Virus record (IMG/VR): IMGVR_UViG_3300037493_001343
Span: 1 to 61,581 of that record
Direction: 5' to 3' (one strand)
Source of the DNA: a virus
Taxonomy: Duplodnaviria > Caudoviricetes
DNA length: 61,581 nt
Below the pieces are notes generated by a model, which was not told where the DNA came from, made no database searches, and worked only from the letters and a program-made list of their open reading frames with translations. Both the position numbers and the translations under genes were made by a program. The first letter of the stretch is position 1; every line of letters starts with the position of its first letter. Positions 27,520 through 36,953 of the stretch are shown here, piece by piece.

Positions 27520-27527
27520 CAACTAGA

Positions 27528-27539
27528 GCGTATTATATT
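27528..27539 (+). promoter_or_regulatory. Late promoter GCGTATTATATT facing a non-coding region
   Basis: 11/12 match; no ORF of 60 aa or more until 27986. Confidence 0.65.
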
Positions 27540-27543
27540 GATA

Positions 27544-27766
27544 GATTATTGATGGGACATATCAGTAGTTAATATAAAGAAATATTGAATGGCTTTTTGC
27601 TTGAAGGAGATGTCCCCTCCGATAGCGATTAGCCATTCTTGTTTTTAGACCTATCGTCCTATATGGTCTCTAATCTTTGGGATACTCTCAGCACGAGTCG
27701 GCAGATGTTCGGTGTTTTAATAGAGTATTCTGTCCACTACACAAGGTGAGCATCTTGTCTTTTTCT
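27544..27766 (+). ncRNA. Candidate structured non-coding RNA (~220 nt) with kissing loops
   Basis: Five consecutive hairpins with G-U pairs on the + strand; loop 1 GGGACAT (27554-60) is exactly complementary to loop 2 ATGTCCC (27610-16); ends in a hairpin plus T-tract. Confidence 0.65.
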
Positions 27767-27985
27767 AAATTTTTGACTAAAGGGGGGTAGTGATTCGCAG
27801 GTATTCGCCTTTCATAACACACACATCAATAAAATTTATAAGCCCCCTTGTCTCAAGCCACACAAAGACGCCTATCTATAACAACCCAACGAAACCTATC
27901 ATTGAATATGACGGCAATAAATAAATATAAAGATTTAACCAATAATAATATAACATTAATTAACTTTAACTAAAACTAAACAATT

Positions 27986-28363
27986 ATGAAAAAACAATTA
28001 ATTACTTTACTCTTGTTGCTTTCTAGCTATATTTCATATGGTCAGCAAGTAAATAGTTTCTGTTCTGTTGAAATTTGGAAATACAATGACTATACTGGTA
28101 AATTTTACCTTAGTAATACCACTACAAGTTATGGATATATGTTTACTAATGACGATGTAATTAAGATATATGTAGATGGTAAGTTGTATTTTGACTTTAA
28201 TAAAGTTGATTTAGAAATATATTCTGAAAAGGTAATTGAAGGAGTAAGCATTGTAACACTTAGAAGTAAAGTTGATAAAACATTATATATACAAGCTAAT
28301 AAATACTGGGTTGCAATAACAAAAGGAACTGATTATAAAATAATATTTAATACTTGCAAATAA
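27986..28363 (+). CDS. Secreted protein with Bacteroidota-type signal peptide (125 aa)
   Basis: MKKQLITLLLLLSSYISYG-Q signal. Confidence 0.7.
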   Translation: MKKQLITLLLLLSSYISYGQQVNSFCSVEIWKYNDYTGKFYLSNTTTSYGYMFTNDDVIKIYVDGKLYFDFNKVDLEIYSEKVIEGVSIVTLRSKVDKTLYIQANKYWVAITKGTDYKIIFNTCK

Positions 28364-29749
28364 CTATGGAACAAACAACTTACAAAGGGTTCCCAGTAAC
28401 CTTTAAATCTTATTACCAACCAAGTGAAAGAGATCTTGGCATAGAAGAACACTACATTATCGAGGAGATACTTATGTGTGGTATTGACCCTGAGGAACTA
28501 CTCGGTGATGATGGAATGAAAGAACTTATTGATTACATTCACGAAGAACTAATAAACTAAATAACTATGGCCCTACCAAAGAAAGTACGCATATACTATG
28601 ACAACATAGATAGCATCAAAAGAGAAATAAAAAGAGGTTGTAAGTTTGATGTGGTTCAAGAGAAGTACGCACTTGCATATGCTGATGAGAAAATAAAGGA
28701 CGGATCTTGGAAATCTTATTGCATTCCTCAATTAATAAATTGGAAAATTACTAAACACTAATTAACTTTACACTATGAATAACAAAAACTTTTCTACAGC
28801 TGTCACAGCCATTATGATTATTATGGCTTTAATTGGTTATGTATTCACCTTAACATACTTTATGCTATGCCCTCAGTAAAAGACGAAGTACTAATAGCAT
28901 TTATAAACGAATGCGAAAGAACAGACACCCTAGTTAATATGAGTAACTTTATCTATTGGCTATTTGAAAACTACAACCTAACTAAAAAATGAAATACCTA
29001 AAAGAACTTAAAGAACACCTAGAAACATTACAATACCAATGTGACGATACTGGTATGAGGATTGCTATTCATATGACTGAAGCAATGATAGAAAAGAAAG
29101 AATTTAACTCACTTAAAAACAAAATAAAAAGATTATGGAAGAAAAAACAATTGAACTAGACTTGGTTGAAGAATATCAAGCGTCACTTAACTTATTTAAG
29201 AATAATTTAAAAGAAAATGATTTCAAAGAATCAGATATAGAATTATTTGAAATGATATTTGAAATGGGTTACCAATCAGGAACCAAAGATGTTGTTGAAA
29301 AAATAAAAACTATAGCTAATGAATATGAAGCAACAGGTAAAGTTGGAGATAATCCATCTGCTCAAGATAGCTAATGTATCTAACGATGATATAGCTGATC
29401 GTATAGCAGAGCGCATATGCCAGATCGCAAAGGAACACTACGATCCAGAAGAAAGGGTGGTAGTAAAAGGCAGATGGTACGATAAAATAGTCCATAAATG
29501 GTTTGATAACGAATCTAAATTTTAACTATGGAAACATACATACAGATCCACGATGCCGAGATAGTAGACGGCAAGATAGTAGTCAATAAGGTAGTAATAG
29601 TTGACGAGAAAGGAAATATAATCCGAGAAGCTACAATGAACAATAACCTATTGGGTTTACTAAAGAGAATGATGACTAATACTAAATTTGATGGCGTAAT
29701 AAAAATGTTTGAACAAGATAAACCAACACTAAATGATCTACTTAAATAA
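28354..29749 (+). CDS. Cluster of small hypothetical genes (28354, 28567, 29135, 29319, 29528 plus several under 60 aa)
   Basis: Contiguous co-oriented short ORFs. Confidence 0.6.
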
Positions 29750-30257
29750 GCTCAGCTATGTAATCCAACTTCACGGATTAATCTACGACAGCTTCTACAA
29801 AGACAAAGACATAGACGCTAACTTCAGAGACGACCTTTCCACTAAGCAATTTATGAACCATAGAGATAAGGCTATGTACATTACTAACCAAGTAATAGAT
29901 TCCATCTTTGATTTGGCTAAGATCAATAAGAAGATTAATCTATTTGAGGTAAAGAAAGAATCCGATGGTAAACCTATTGGGTTCCTAGTAGTGACGGACC
30001 AGCTACAACTTATCTATAGTTTTGGTATATTCCCAGAGTTCAGAAAGGAATACTCTAAGGCTTTTATGGATCTAATACTAAAGGCTTACCCTAACTACCA
30101 ATTTGCATTATATAACAGAAATGAAAGGGCTATTCAATGGTTACAGAAGAACGGATACCTTATAGTTTTGGAAGACGAAGACCACGAGAGACGCAAATAT
30201 TCAGTGTTTGAACACTTCCAAAGAGTTAACGATTTGTCAAGCGTATTATCATTATGA
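29733..30257 (+). CDS. GNAT-family acetyltransferase-like protein (174 aa)
   Basis: IGFLVV...IYSFGIFPEFRK (motif A) and NERAIQWLQKNGY (motif B). Confidence 0.65.
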   Translation: MIYLNKLSYVIQLHGLIYDSFYKDKDIDANFRDDLSTKQFMNHRDKAMYITNQVIDSIFDLAKINKKINLFEVKKESDGKPIGFLVVTDQLQLIYSFGIFPEFRKEYSKAFMDLILKAYPNYQFALYNRNERAIQWLQKNGYLIVLEDEDHERRKYSVFEHFQRVNDLSSVLSL

Positions 30258-30351
30258 TGGAAAATATACTCGTTCAGATTGCTGAAGTTATAATTAAGGT
30301 TATTAGCGACATTGACTTCGAACAAGGTCAAGGCTAAAATATTTTTAGGTA

Positions 30352-30385
30352 TTTGATTAATTATTCAAATTAACATATACCTTTG
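30352..30385 (+). promoter_or_regulatory. Bacteroidota sigmaA promoter for the sigma-factor operon
   Basis: TTTG 30352-30355 and TACCTTTG 30378-30385 (22-nt spacer). Confidence 0.6.
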
Positions 30386-30399
30386 TCAAAATTCCATCT

Positions 30400-30768
30400 A
30401 TGCAAAATTATTATCGTTCCGAAATGGATCCGAAGAACTACTCAGTTTGTGAAGATCAATTAATCCATTGTGAATGCTTAGTGCAAGACAATGACACACT
30501 TCTTATGGCTGAGCAGTTAGGCATAGATATGGATGGTAAGCTATGGGTAGACATTACATTCGATCCTTCTGAGATCAAGATGTTAATGGTTGGCTCTGTG
30601 TTGACTCCAGACAACCCAAAGAAGAAGGCAGTAGCACTAACCTTGGTTTACTTTAAAGGTGAGTCTATGATGGACTGCATTGAGATTAATATCCCATATT
30701 CAATTATGAACGCACTTTGGCACGATTCCAGATCTAAACCTACCCACGCAATTTACAAATTAAAATAA
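30400..30768 (+). CDS. Hypothetical protein (122 aa) coupled to the sigma factor gene
   Basis: TAATG overlap with 30768. Confidence 0.7.
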   Translation: MQNYYRSEMDPKNYSVCEDQLIHCECLVQDNDTLLMAEQLGIDMDGKLWVDITFDPSEIKMLMVGSVLTPDNPKKKAVALTLVYFKGESMMDCIEINIPYSIMNALWHDSRSKPTHAIYKLK

Positions 30769-31622
30769 TGAGCTTCATTCAAAAACATTGGGAAGGGAAA
30801 CCTAAGTTCTCCTCGTCTATCCTTATTGACGATGAGTCCCTATACCGTATGCTAAACGAGAAAGAGTTCAGCAAGTCTAAGTTGGTTATATCCAACGATG
30901 ACTGCTTAAGAAACCTTTCAGAGTATAGACTTACAGGCGATGTTAAGTTCAGAAATAAAATAATAGATGGTAACCTTAGACTATTGCTATACCTAGCACT
31001 AAGATCATCGCAAGGCCAGTTCCCAGTATCTGACCTATTCCAAGAAGCCATCATTGGTTTCGCTGAAGGTATTGAAAAGTATGATGAGTTAAAAGCAAAT
31101 GGGGCTAAGGTGTCCTCATATGCTTATTACTTCGCAAGAAAGTATGTTCTGGCATATATAGAAAGAAATCAGTCAATTGTTTTCTTTACCAGAAAGCCAC
31201 TACGACTTAGGGCAAAAATCAAGAAGGGCCTCAAAGATGCGGTTAACGACCTCCAGATCGATGAGGCCTACATCCCTATAGAACTTATTGTAAATTCAAA
31301 GATGGAACGATCAGAGATGATAGGAGCCATAGAATTAAGCTATGATATTGTTAGCCTATCGGAAACACCAACCGATGGCGATGTATCCATAGGAGAAACC
31401 ATAGGAGACAGGTCTGAACAAGTAAGTGCACTAGATAATAAAGCCGATTTAATGGCTATCCTAGAAGGTTTAAATACTCAAGCAAAGAGAATGATTCTAG
31501 CTAAGTTTGAGGTCTCTGACGAGGATTACAAGGATGTTTGCGCATACTATAACTTAACTACAAAGCAAGGCGATGCCTACGTTTCAGAATTAATTTCGCA
31601 TTTAAGAAAAAATATTTTTTAA
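30768..31622 (+). CDS. Phage sigma70-family RNA polymerase sigma factor (284 aa)
   Basis: Region 2: RNKIIDGNLRLLLYLA, DLFQEAIIGFAEGIEKYD, GAKVSSYAYYF; region 3.2-like VSLSETPTDGDVSIGETIGD. Confidence 0.85.
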   Translation: MSFIQKHWEGKPKFSSSILIDDESLYRMLNEKEFSKSKLVISNDDCLRNLSEYRLTGDVKFRNKIIDGNLRLLLYLALRSSQGQFPVSDLFQEAIIGFAEGIEKYDELKANGAKVSSYAYYFARKYVLAYIERNQSIVFFTRKPLRLRAKIKKGLKDAVNDLQIDEAYIPIELIVNSKMERSEMIGAIELSYDIVSLSETPTDGDVSIGETIGDRSEQVSALDNKADLMAILEGLNTQAKRMILAKFEVSDEDYKDVCAYYNLTTKQGDAYVSELISHLRKNIF

Positions 31623-31627
31623 AAAAG

Positions 31628-31658
31628 TTTGAAAGTAATATAACAATCATTACTTTTG
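31628..31658 (+). promoter_or_regulatory. Bacteroidota sigmaA promoter for the recombination operon
   Basis: TTTG 31628-31631, 19-nt spacer, TACTTTTG 31651-31658. Confidence 0.75.
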
Positions 31659-31681
31659 TAATATAATAAACATCCAACCTT

Positions 31682-32269
31682 ATGAAAGACACACAAACAA
31701 AAAGCGTTTTCGAAACGCTATCTGCAATCAATTGCAACGATCACACAGAACAAAAGAATGGTTTAACCTATTTATCTTGGGCTTGGGCTTGGGGTATAGT
31801 TAAGTCTTACTATCCATCGGCTAACTACGAAGTGGTTAACTATGATGGAAAACCTTTTCTTAGCGATATGTTCTTAGGGTATTTAGTAACCACTAAAGTT
31901 ACAATAGATGGCGAGACTATACCAATGTCTTTGCCAGTTATGAATGGAGCCAATAAGTCTCAAAAGCACGTTGAGTATACCTATAAAACTAAGTACGATG
32001 AAAAAACAGTAGAAGCTGCTACAATGTTTGACATCAACACAGCTATTATGAGATGCTTAACCAAGAACTTAGCAATGTTTGGATTAGGTCATTACATCTA
32101 TGCAGGCGAAGACTTACCTAAGTCTGTAGAGACCAGATCTATATCTGAAGTTATGAAAGACTTTAAAACTAAGGCTTCATTGAAGCAGTGGTATGCTACA
32201 TTAAATTCTGCTCAGCAGAAAGAAATCAAGGCTTCATTAACAGAGTACGCTGGTACTTTATCTGAATAA
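31682..32269 (+). CDS. Sak-type (DUF1071/Rad52-like) single-strand annealing protein
   Basis: KNGLTYLSWAWAW, LPVMNGANK, FDINTAIMRCLTKNLAMFGLGHYIYAGEDLP. Confidence 0.9.
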   Translation: MKDTQTKSVFETLSAINCNDHTEQKNGLTYLSWAWAWGIVKSYYPSANYEVVNYDGKPFLSDMFLGYLVTTKVTIDGETIPMSLPVMNGANKSQKHVEYTYKTKYDEKTVEAATMFDINTAIMRCLTKNLAMFGLGHYIYAGEDLPKSVETRSISEVMKDFKTKASLKQWYATLNSAQQKEIKASLTEYAGTLSE

Positions 32270-32348
32270 ACTCTCTTTGGTTGGAAAGGCTTGGGGACTT
32301 AGTGCCCCTTGACTTCCGATCTCCTTTTAACCTTTTAAATTCAACCAA

Positions 32349-33170
32349 ATGCAAATCGATCAAAGATTTATTGATTGGCTTAACGGCCCAGACTTCAGAC
32401 TTTCATACTCTACACTTAAGAGTGTATTGAGTTCACCTGCTAACTTCTACTGTACTATTATGGAGAAGTTGACTAGAACCGAACAGGAACCTACACCTGC
32501 ACAAAGATTCGGTACATTGATTCACACATTAGTATTGGAACCAGAAACATTTGAAGGTAAGTATGTTGTCGGTAAGAAGTTCGGTAGAACAAAAGCAGAG
32601 CAAGAAGAGAAAGCTTTGTTTGCTGAACAGAACGCTGGCAAGATTGTACTTACTGACGAAGAGTTTGCAAAGGCTCAAATGATATTATCATCTGGCTCAG
32701 ACGAGTTAAACCAAATGAGAGAGCAACTCAGCTATGCTGAGTTAGTAATCCAAAAAGATATTGAGGACCTAAGATTCAAAACTATTATAGATGGTTTATC
32801 TTTGGATCACGGCACAATCTTTGAAGTTAAAACAACTTCAGATGTAGATGCTGATAAGTTATTGTCCTCGTTCTATAATTACAAGTACACTATGCAAGCT
32901 GCATTGTACAAGCGTATGGTTCGTGAGTTTCACGGAGTAGATCCAGTATTGGAATACGTAGTAGTACAAACGGTTGCGCCTTACAAAGTTTATATGTTAC
33001 CTGCTGCAGACAGATACATTGCATACGGTGAGAAGCAATTAGCAGATGCTATTAGTGAATTTAAAATGGTTAGAGCGATGGGGAATTGGGGAGACGGATG
33101 GAACCTTAAGGCATTAGATTTGCCATCTTGGGCAGTAAAACAACAAGAAAGAAAAGATCTAGAATTTTAA
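32349..33170 (+). CDS. RecE/exonuclease VIII-like PD-(D/E)XK nuclease (DUF3799-like)
   Basis: LSYSTLK, FGTLIHTLVLEP, KTIIDG, EVKTT, YTMQAALY. Confidence 0.85.
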   Translation: MQIDQRFIDWLNGPDFRLSYSTLKSVLSSPANFYCTIMEKLTRTEQEPTPAQRFGTLIHTLVLEPETFEGKYVVGKKFGRTKAEQEEKALFAEQNAGKIVLTDEEFAKAQMILSSGSDELNQMREQLSYAELVIQKDIEDLRFKTIIDGLSLDHGTIFEVKTTSDVDADKLLSSFYNYKYTMQAALYKRMVREFHGVDPVLEYVVVQTVAPYKVYMLPAADRYIAYGEKQLADAISEFKMVRAMGNWGDGWNLKALDLPSWAVKQQERKDLEF

Positions 33171-33171
33171 G

Positions 33172-33594
33172 ATGAATGAAAAGCAATTGATGGGTATATT
33201 GAAACAAACGATATACCCTGATCTTGACAAGGCAGAGGATCTAACATCTACATTTGATTGTATAAGTTTTATAAACTTAGAGATGATTGAACTCAAGTCA
33301 AGACAGACACACTACGATGATCTGGTTATTGAAAAGATGAAGTATGATTCACTGGTTGATAAGTCGAAGAAGATAGGTATGAAGCCAGTATACATATGCT
33401 CAACGCCAAATGGTATATGGAGGTTCAGAGTATGGACACTTGCAGAACCAATATGGGAAATGAAGTCGATGCCTAAGACCTCACAATTCAATAACAGAAA
33501 CTGGGTACAAAAAGAAGTAGGGTTTATTAATATCGAGAAAGGAGAGGATATAACCTACATAATTGAAAAAGCTAACACTAAATCCTTTCGGTAA
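33172..33594 (+). CDS. PD-(D/E)XK restriction-endonuclease-fold protein (140 aa)
   Basis: FDC...IELKSR...LVIEKMKYD motif. Confidence 0.65.
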   Translation: MNEKQLMGILKQTIYPDLDKAEDLTSTFDCISFINLEMIELKSRQTHYDDLVIEKMKYDSLVDKSKKIGMKPVYICSTPNGIWRFRVWTLAEPIWEMKSMPKTSQFNNRNWVQKEVGFINIEKGEDITYIIEKANTKSFR

Positions 33595-33597
33595 TAG

Positions 33598-33879
33598 GTG
33601 AACCGAGGATATATTATGAGTACACAAGCTAAGTACGAACAACGTGAAGGTTCTGGAACCTTATTCGTAAATGACAAAAAAGGAAACGAGAAAGCGCCAG
33701 ACTATTCTGGAACTGTCTTAATCAACGGAAAAGAAATGCGTATCGCTGGTTGGAAAAAACAAGCGAAGTCTGGATCTACCTTTCTTTCTATCCAAGTAAG
33801 TGAACAAATGGCTCCATCTGGAAAACCTGCAACGACCTCAAAATCAGCAGCTCCAGTATCAGATGATTTACCATTCTAA
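33598..33879 (+). CDS. Small ssDNA-binding protein (DUF736-like); start probably 33616
   Basis: GTLFVNDKK...KAPDYSG...IAGWKK...FLSI and C-terminal DDLPF SSB tail. Confidence 0.8.
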   Translation: MNRGYIMSTQAKYEQREGSGTLFVNDKKGNEKAPDYSGTVLINGKEMRIAGWKKQAKSGSTFLSIQVSEQMAPSGKPATTSKSAAPVSDDLPF

Positions 33880-33898
33880 TTGAGAATCAATAGTTTAT

Positions 33899-33919
33899 GG
33901 GGAGTTAACGCTCCCCTTT
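33899..33919 (+). terminator. Intrinsic terminator
   Basis: ggggag-ttaacg-ctcccc followed by ttt. Confidence 0.6.
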
Positions 33920-33947
33920 AACTTTGAAAAGTAAGGCGTAGTATATT
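33919..33947 (+). promoter_or_regulatory. Possible tandem promoters for nrdJ: host-type TAACTTTG (33919-26) and late-type GCGTAGTATATT (33936-47)
   Basis: Both motifs lie in the gap before the ATG at 33976. Confidence 0.5.
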
Positions 33948-33975
33948 AAATCACTAAGAAAAAACAGAACGGCAA

Positions 33976-35832
33976 ATGGATCAAGCATCACAAATTTTAT
34001 CGGAAGTAACAGTCTTCCTTAAGTACGCTAAGTATTTACCAGAATCAAACAGAAGAGAGACGTGGGAAGAATTAGTCTCTAGAAATATGCTAATGCATAT
34101 CAAAAAGTACCCACATCTAACCAACGAAATTATTGAAAACTACAAGTTTGTTTTCGACAAGAAAGTTCTTCCGTCAATGAGATCATTGCAGTTCGGAGGT
34201 AAACCAATCGAGATGTCTCCTAACAGAGTTTATAACTGTGCCTATGCACCTATAGACAATTGGAGAGTATTCTCAGAGATTATGTTCTTATTGCTAGGTG
34301 GAACAGGAGTAGGTTACTCAGTTCAGAAACACCACGTAGAACAACTACCAGAAATTAGAAAACCAAATCAATTAAGAAAGAAAAGATGGTTAGTAGCTGA
34401 CTCAATCGAAGGATGGGCAGACGCTGTTAAGATCCTTATTAAGAGCTATTTCTTTGGAGGATTAAGTATTGACTTTGACTTCAGAGACATCCGCCCTAAA
34501 GGCGCAAGACTAATTACATCTGGCGGTAAAGCACCTGGTCCTCAACCATTAAAAGAATGTTTGGTTAAGATCGAAGGTATGCTATCTGCAAAAGTAGATG
34601 GCGAAAAACTTTCTCCAATTGAAGTACACGATATCGTATGCCATATTGCTGACGCTGTATTGGCTGGAGGTATCAGAAGAGCAGCATTGATTTCTTTATT
34701 CTCTGCTGACGATGACGAGATGATTGCTTGTAAGTCTGGCAACTGGTGGGAACTAAACCCTCAAAGAGGCCGTGCAAATAACTCAGCTGCATTGGTTAGA
34801 AGAAAGCTATCTAAAGATTTATTCTTTGACCTATGGGAAAGAATTAAAAATAGCGGATCTGGTGAGCCAGGTATCTACTTAACCCACGATAAAGATTGGG
34901 GTACTAATCCTTGTTGTGAGATCGCATTAAGACCTAATCAATTCTGTAATTTAACAGAGGTTAACGTATCTAATGTAGAGAATCAAGAAGACTTGAACCA
35001 ACGTATGAAAGCTGCTGCATTCATCGGTACATTACAAGCTGGTTATACAGACTTCCATTACCTAAGAACCATATGGAAAAGAACAACCGAGAAGGATGCT
35101 TTAATTGGTGTATCAATGACAGGTATTGCATCTGGCGCTGTATTGAAATTAAATATGACTGAGGCTGCTGAGGTTGTTAAGTTGGAGAACGAAAGAGTTG
35201 CTAAGTCAATAGGTGTAAACAAAGCTGCTAGAACTACAACAGTTAAGCCTGCAGGTACAACATCTTTGACTTTAGGTACATCATCTGGCATCCACGCTTG
35301 GCACAACGATTACTATATCCGTAGAATACGAGTAGGTAAAAACGAAGCTATCTATTCTTACTTGGTTAACAACCACCCAGAGTTAATCGAAGACGAATAC
35401 TTCAGACCACACGACACTGCTGTAATTAGCGTACCTCAAAAGGCTCCAGAAGGATCTATCGTAAGAACTGAAACTGCTTTAGATTTATTAGAGAGAGTTA
35501 AGTTGGTTACTGAGAAGTGGGTAAACCCTGGCCACAGAGATGGTGCTAATAGCCACAACGTAAGTGCTACGATTTCTTTAAGAGATAATGAATGGGAAGA
35601 AGTAGGTAATTGGATGTGGAAGAACAGAGAGTTCTACAATGGTTTATCAGTATTGCCTTTCGATGGTGGAAGTTACGTCCAAAGTCCTTTTGAGGATTGT
35701 ACAAAAGAAAAGTATGAGGAGTTAATGAAGCACTTAGTAAGCGTAGACTTATCTAACATCATTGAATCAGATGACAACACAACACTAACAGATCAAGCAG
35801 CCTGTGCATCTGGAGCCTGTGAGGTTAAATAA
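33976..35832 (+). CDS. nrdJ: Class II (B12-dependent, monomeric-type) ribonucleotide reductase
   Basis: RRETWEE, PSMRSL, GGIRRAA, GTNPCCEI, TTVKPAGT, C-terminal ACASGACEV; no NrdB gene present. Confidence 0.92.
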   Translation: MDQASQILSEVTVFLKYAKYLPESNRRETWEELVSRNMLMHIKKYPHLTNEIIENYKFVFDKKVLPSMRSLQFGGKPIEMSPNRVYNCAYAPIDNWRVFSEIMFLLLGGTGVGYSVQKHHVEQLPEIRKPNQLRKKRWLVADSIEGWADAVKILIKSYFFGGLSIDFDFRDIRPKGARLITSGGKAPGPQPLKECLVKIEGMLSAKVDGEKLSPIEVHDIVCHIADAVLAGGIRRAALISLFSADDDEMIACKSGNWWELNPQRGRANNSAALVRRKLSKDLFFDLWERIKNSGSGEPGIYLTHDKDWGTNPCCEIALRPNQFCNLTEVNVSNVENQEDLNQRMKAAAFIGTLQAGYTDFHYLRTIWKRTTEKDALIGVSMTGIASGAVLKLNMTEAAEVVKLENERVAKSIGVNKAARTTTVKPAGTTSLTLGTSSGIHAWHNDYYIRRIRVGKNEAIYSYLVNNHPELIEDEYFRPHDTAVISVPQKAPEGSIVRTETALDLLERVKLVTEKWVNPGHRDGANSHNVSATISLRDNEWEEVGNWMWKNREFYNGLSVLPFDGGSYVQSPFEDCTKEKYEELMKHLVSVDLSNIIESDDNTTLTDQAACASGACEVK

Positions 35833-35842
35833 ATAATACAAT

Positions 35843-36409
35843 ATGAAAAGCATAAACGATATAGGAGTTAGATTTGGAATGCTTCTTGTTATTGAAGAGG
35901 TTAAGATTGATAAATCAAGTAGGAAGAGATATATATGCCTTTGTGAGTGTGGAAACACTCACGAGGCTCTTTCTTCTCACTTAAGAGCTGGAAGAATAAC
36001 TCATTGTGGGTGCGAAAAATATAAAGGAGAAAAGCATACGCAATGGGGAGGAGTAGGTGAGATATCTGGTAACTTCTGGTACAACCATATAATAAGAAGT
36101 GCAAATGGATCTAAAAATGGAAATAGAGAAAGGAAATCAAAAGAGCTTACGATAGATATTGAATATGCTTGGAATTTATTTTTAAAACAAAACAGAAAAT
36201 GTGCTCTATCTGGTATTGAATTAAACTTTCCAAAAGTACACAAAGATAAAAACTACAATGCATCTTTAGATAGAATAAATTCAAATATTGGATATGTAGA
36301 AGGAAATGTACAATGGGTTCACAAAGATGTGAATATGATGAAAAACAAGTATGATCAAAATTATTTTATAGAAATTTGTAAACTTATAACCAAACACAAT
36401 GAAAATTAA
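35843..36409 (+). CDS. HNH-family homing endonuclease (188 aa)
   Basis: N-terminal RFGMLLV...CLCECG...HCGC domain and CALSG...ASLDRINSNIGYVEGNVQWVHKDVNMMK nuclease motif. Confidence 0.85.
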   Translation: MKSINDIGVRFGMLLVIEEVKIDKSSRKRYICLCECGNTHEALSSHLRAGRITHCGCEKYKGEKHTQWGGVGEISGNFWYNHIIRSANGSKNGNRERKSKELTIDIEYAWNLFLKQNRKCALSGIELNFPKVHKDKNYNASLDRINSNIGYVEGNVQWVHKDVNMMKNKYDQNYFIEICKLITKHNEN

Positions 36410-36845
36410 ATTTAAAAAACTACACCCAGAAGCTGTGATCCCCTCCTATCAAAAGGAGGGTGATGCTGGCCTTGACCTAACAGCAGTTGACTTTGAAGTT
36501 GACAAATATGGAAACGCAAGTTACGACACAGGACTTGCAATGGAAATTCCAGAAGGCTACGTTGGATTAATATTCCCTCGCTCATCAATCTGTAAGACAG
36601 ACCTTTCTTTGGCTAACGCAGTAGGTGTTATTGATTCTAACTATAGAGGACCAGTAACATTTAAGTTTAAACCAACTGGTGCATTTAAGAAGGCAGAAGG
36701 AAACTACGAAACTGTTGCTTACAAGAAAGGAGACAGAGTAGGGCAATTGATTGTAATGCCTGTGCCTCATATCGAACCAATAGAAGTTAAAGAATTAACT
36801 GAAACATCTAGAGGAGAGCAAGGTTTCGGATCGTCAGGAAATTAA
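36399..36845 (+). CDS. dut: Trimeric dUTPase
   Basis: GDAGLDL, PRSS, GVIDSNYRG, GDRVGQL, RGEQGFGSSG (motifs 1-5). Confidence 0.96.
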   Translation: MKIKFKKLHPEAVIPSYQKEGDAGLDLTAVDFEVDKYGNASYDTGLAMEIPEGYVGLIFPRSSICKTDLSLANAVGVIDSNYRGPVTFKFKPTGAFKKAEGNYETVAYKKGDRVGQLIVMPVPHIEPIEVKELTETSRGEQGFGSSGN

Positions 36846-36847
36846 AT

Positions 36848-36878
36848 TTTGTTTCTTATACAACAATCAGTAACTTTG
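36848..36878 (+). promoter_or_regulatory. Bacteroidota sigmaA promoter for primase-helicase
   Basis: TTTG 36848-36851, 19-nt spacer, TAACTTTG 36871-36878. Confidence 0.75.
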
Positions 36879-36902
36879 TAATAACACAAACACTTATTTA
36901 TT

Positions 36903-36928
36903 AGGGAGGCTTTTGTGGTCTCCCTTTT
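36903..36928 (+). terminator. Terminator-like hairpin in the primase-helicase leader
   Basis: agggaggct-tttgt-ggtctccct followed by ttt. Confidence 0.55.
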
Positions 36929-36953
36929 AAATTACAAACACACCAACCAAAAA

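Noticed and set aside
27544-27850. Group I intron, tmRNA or retron msr-msd identity for the structured RNA
   Set aside because: It interrupts no gene, I could not find a group I core or tmRNA ends with a tag ORF, and no RT is encoded; a covariance-model search is still needed
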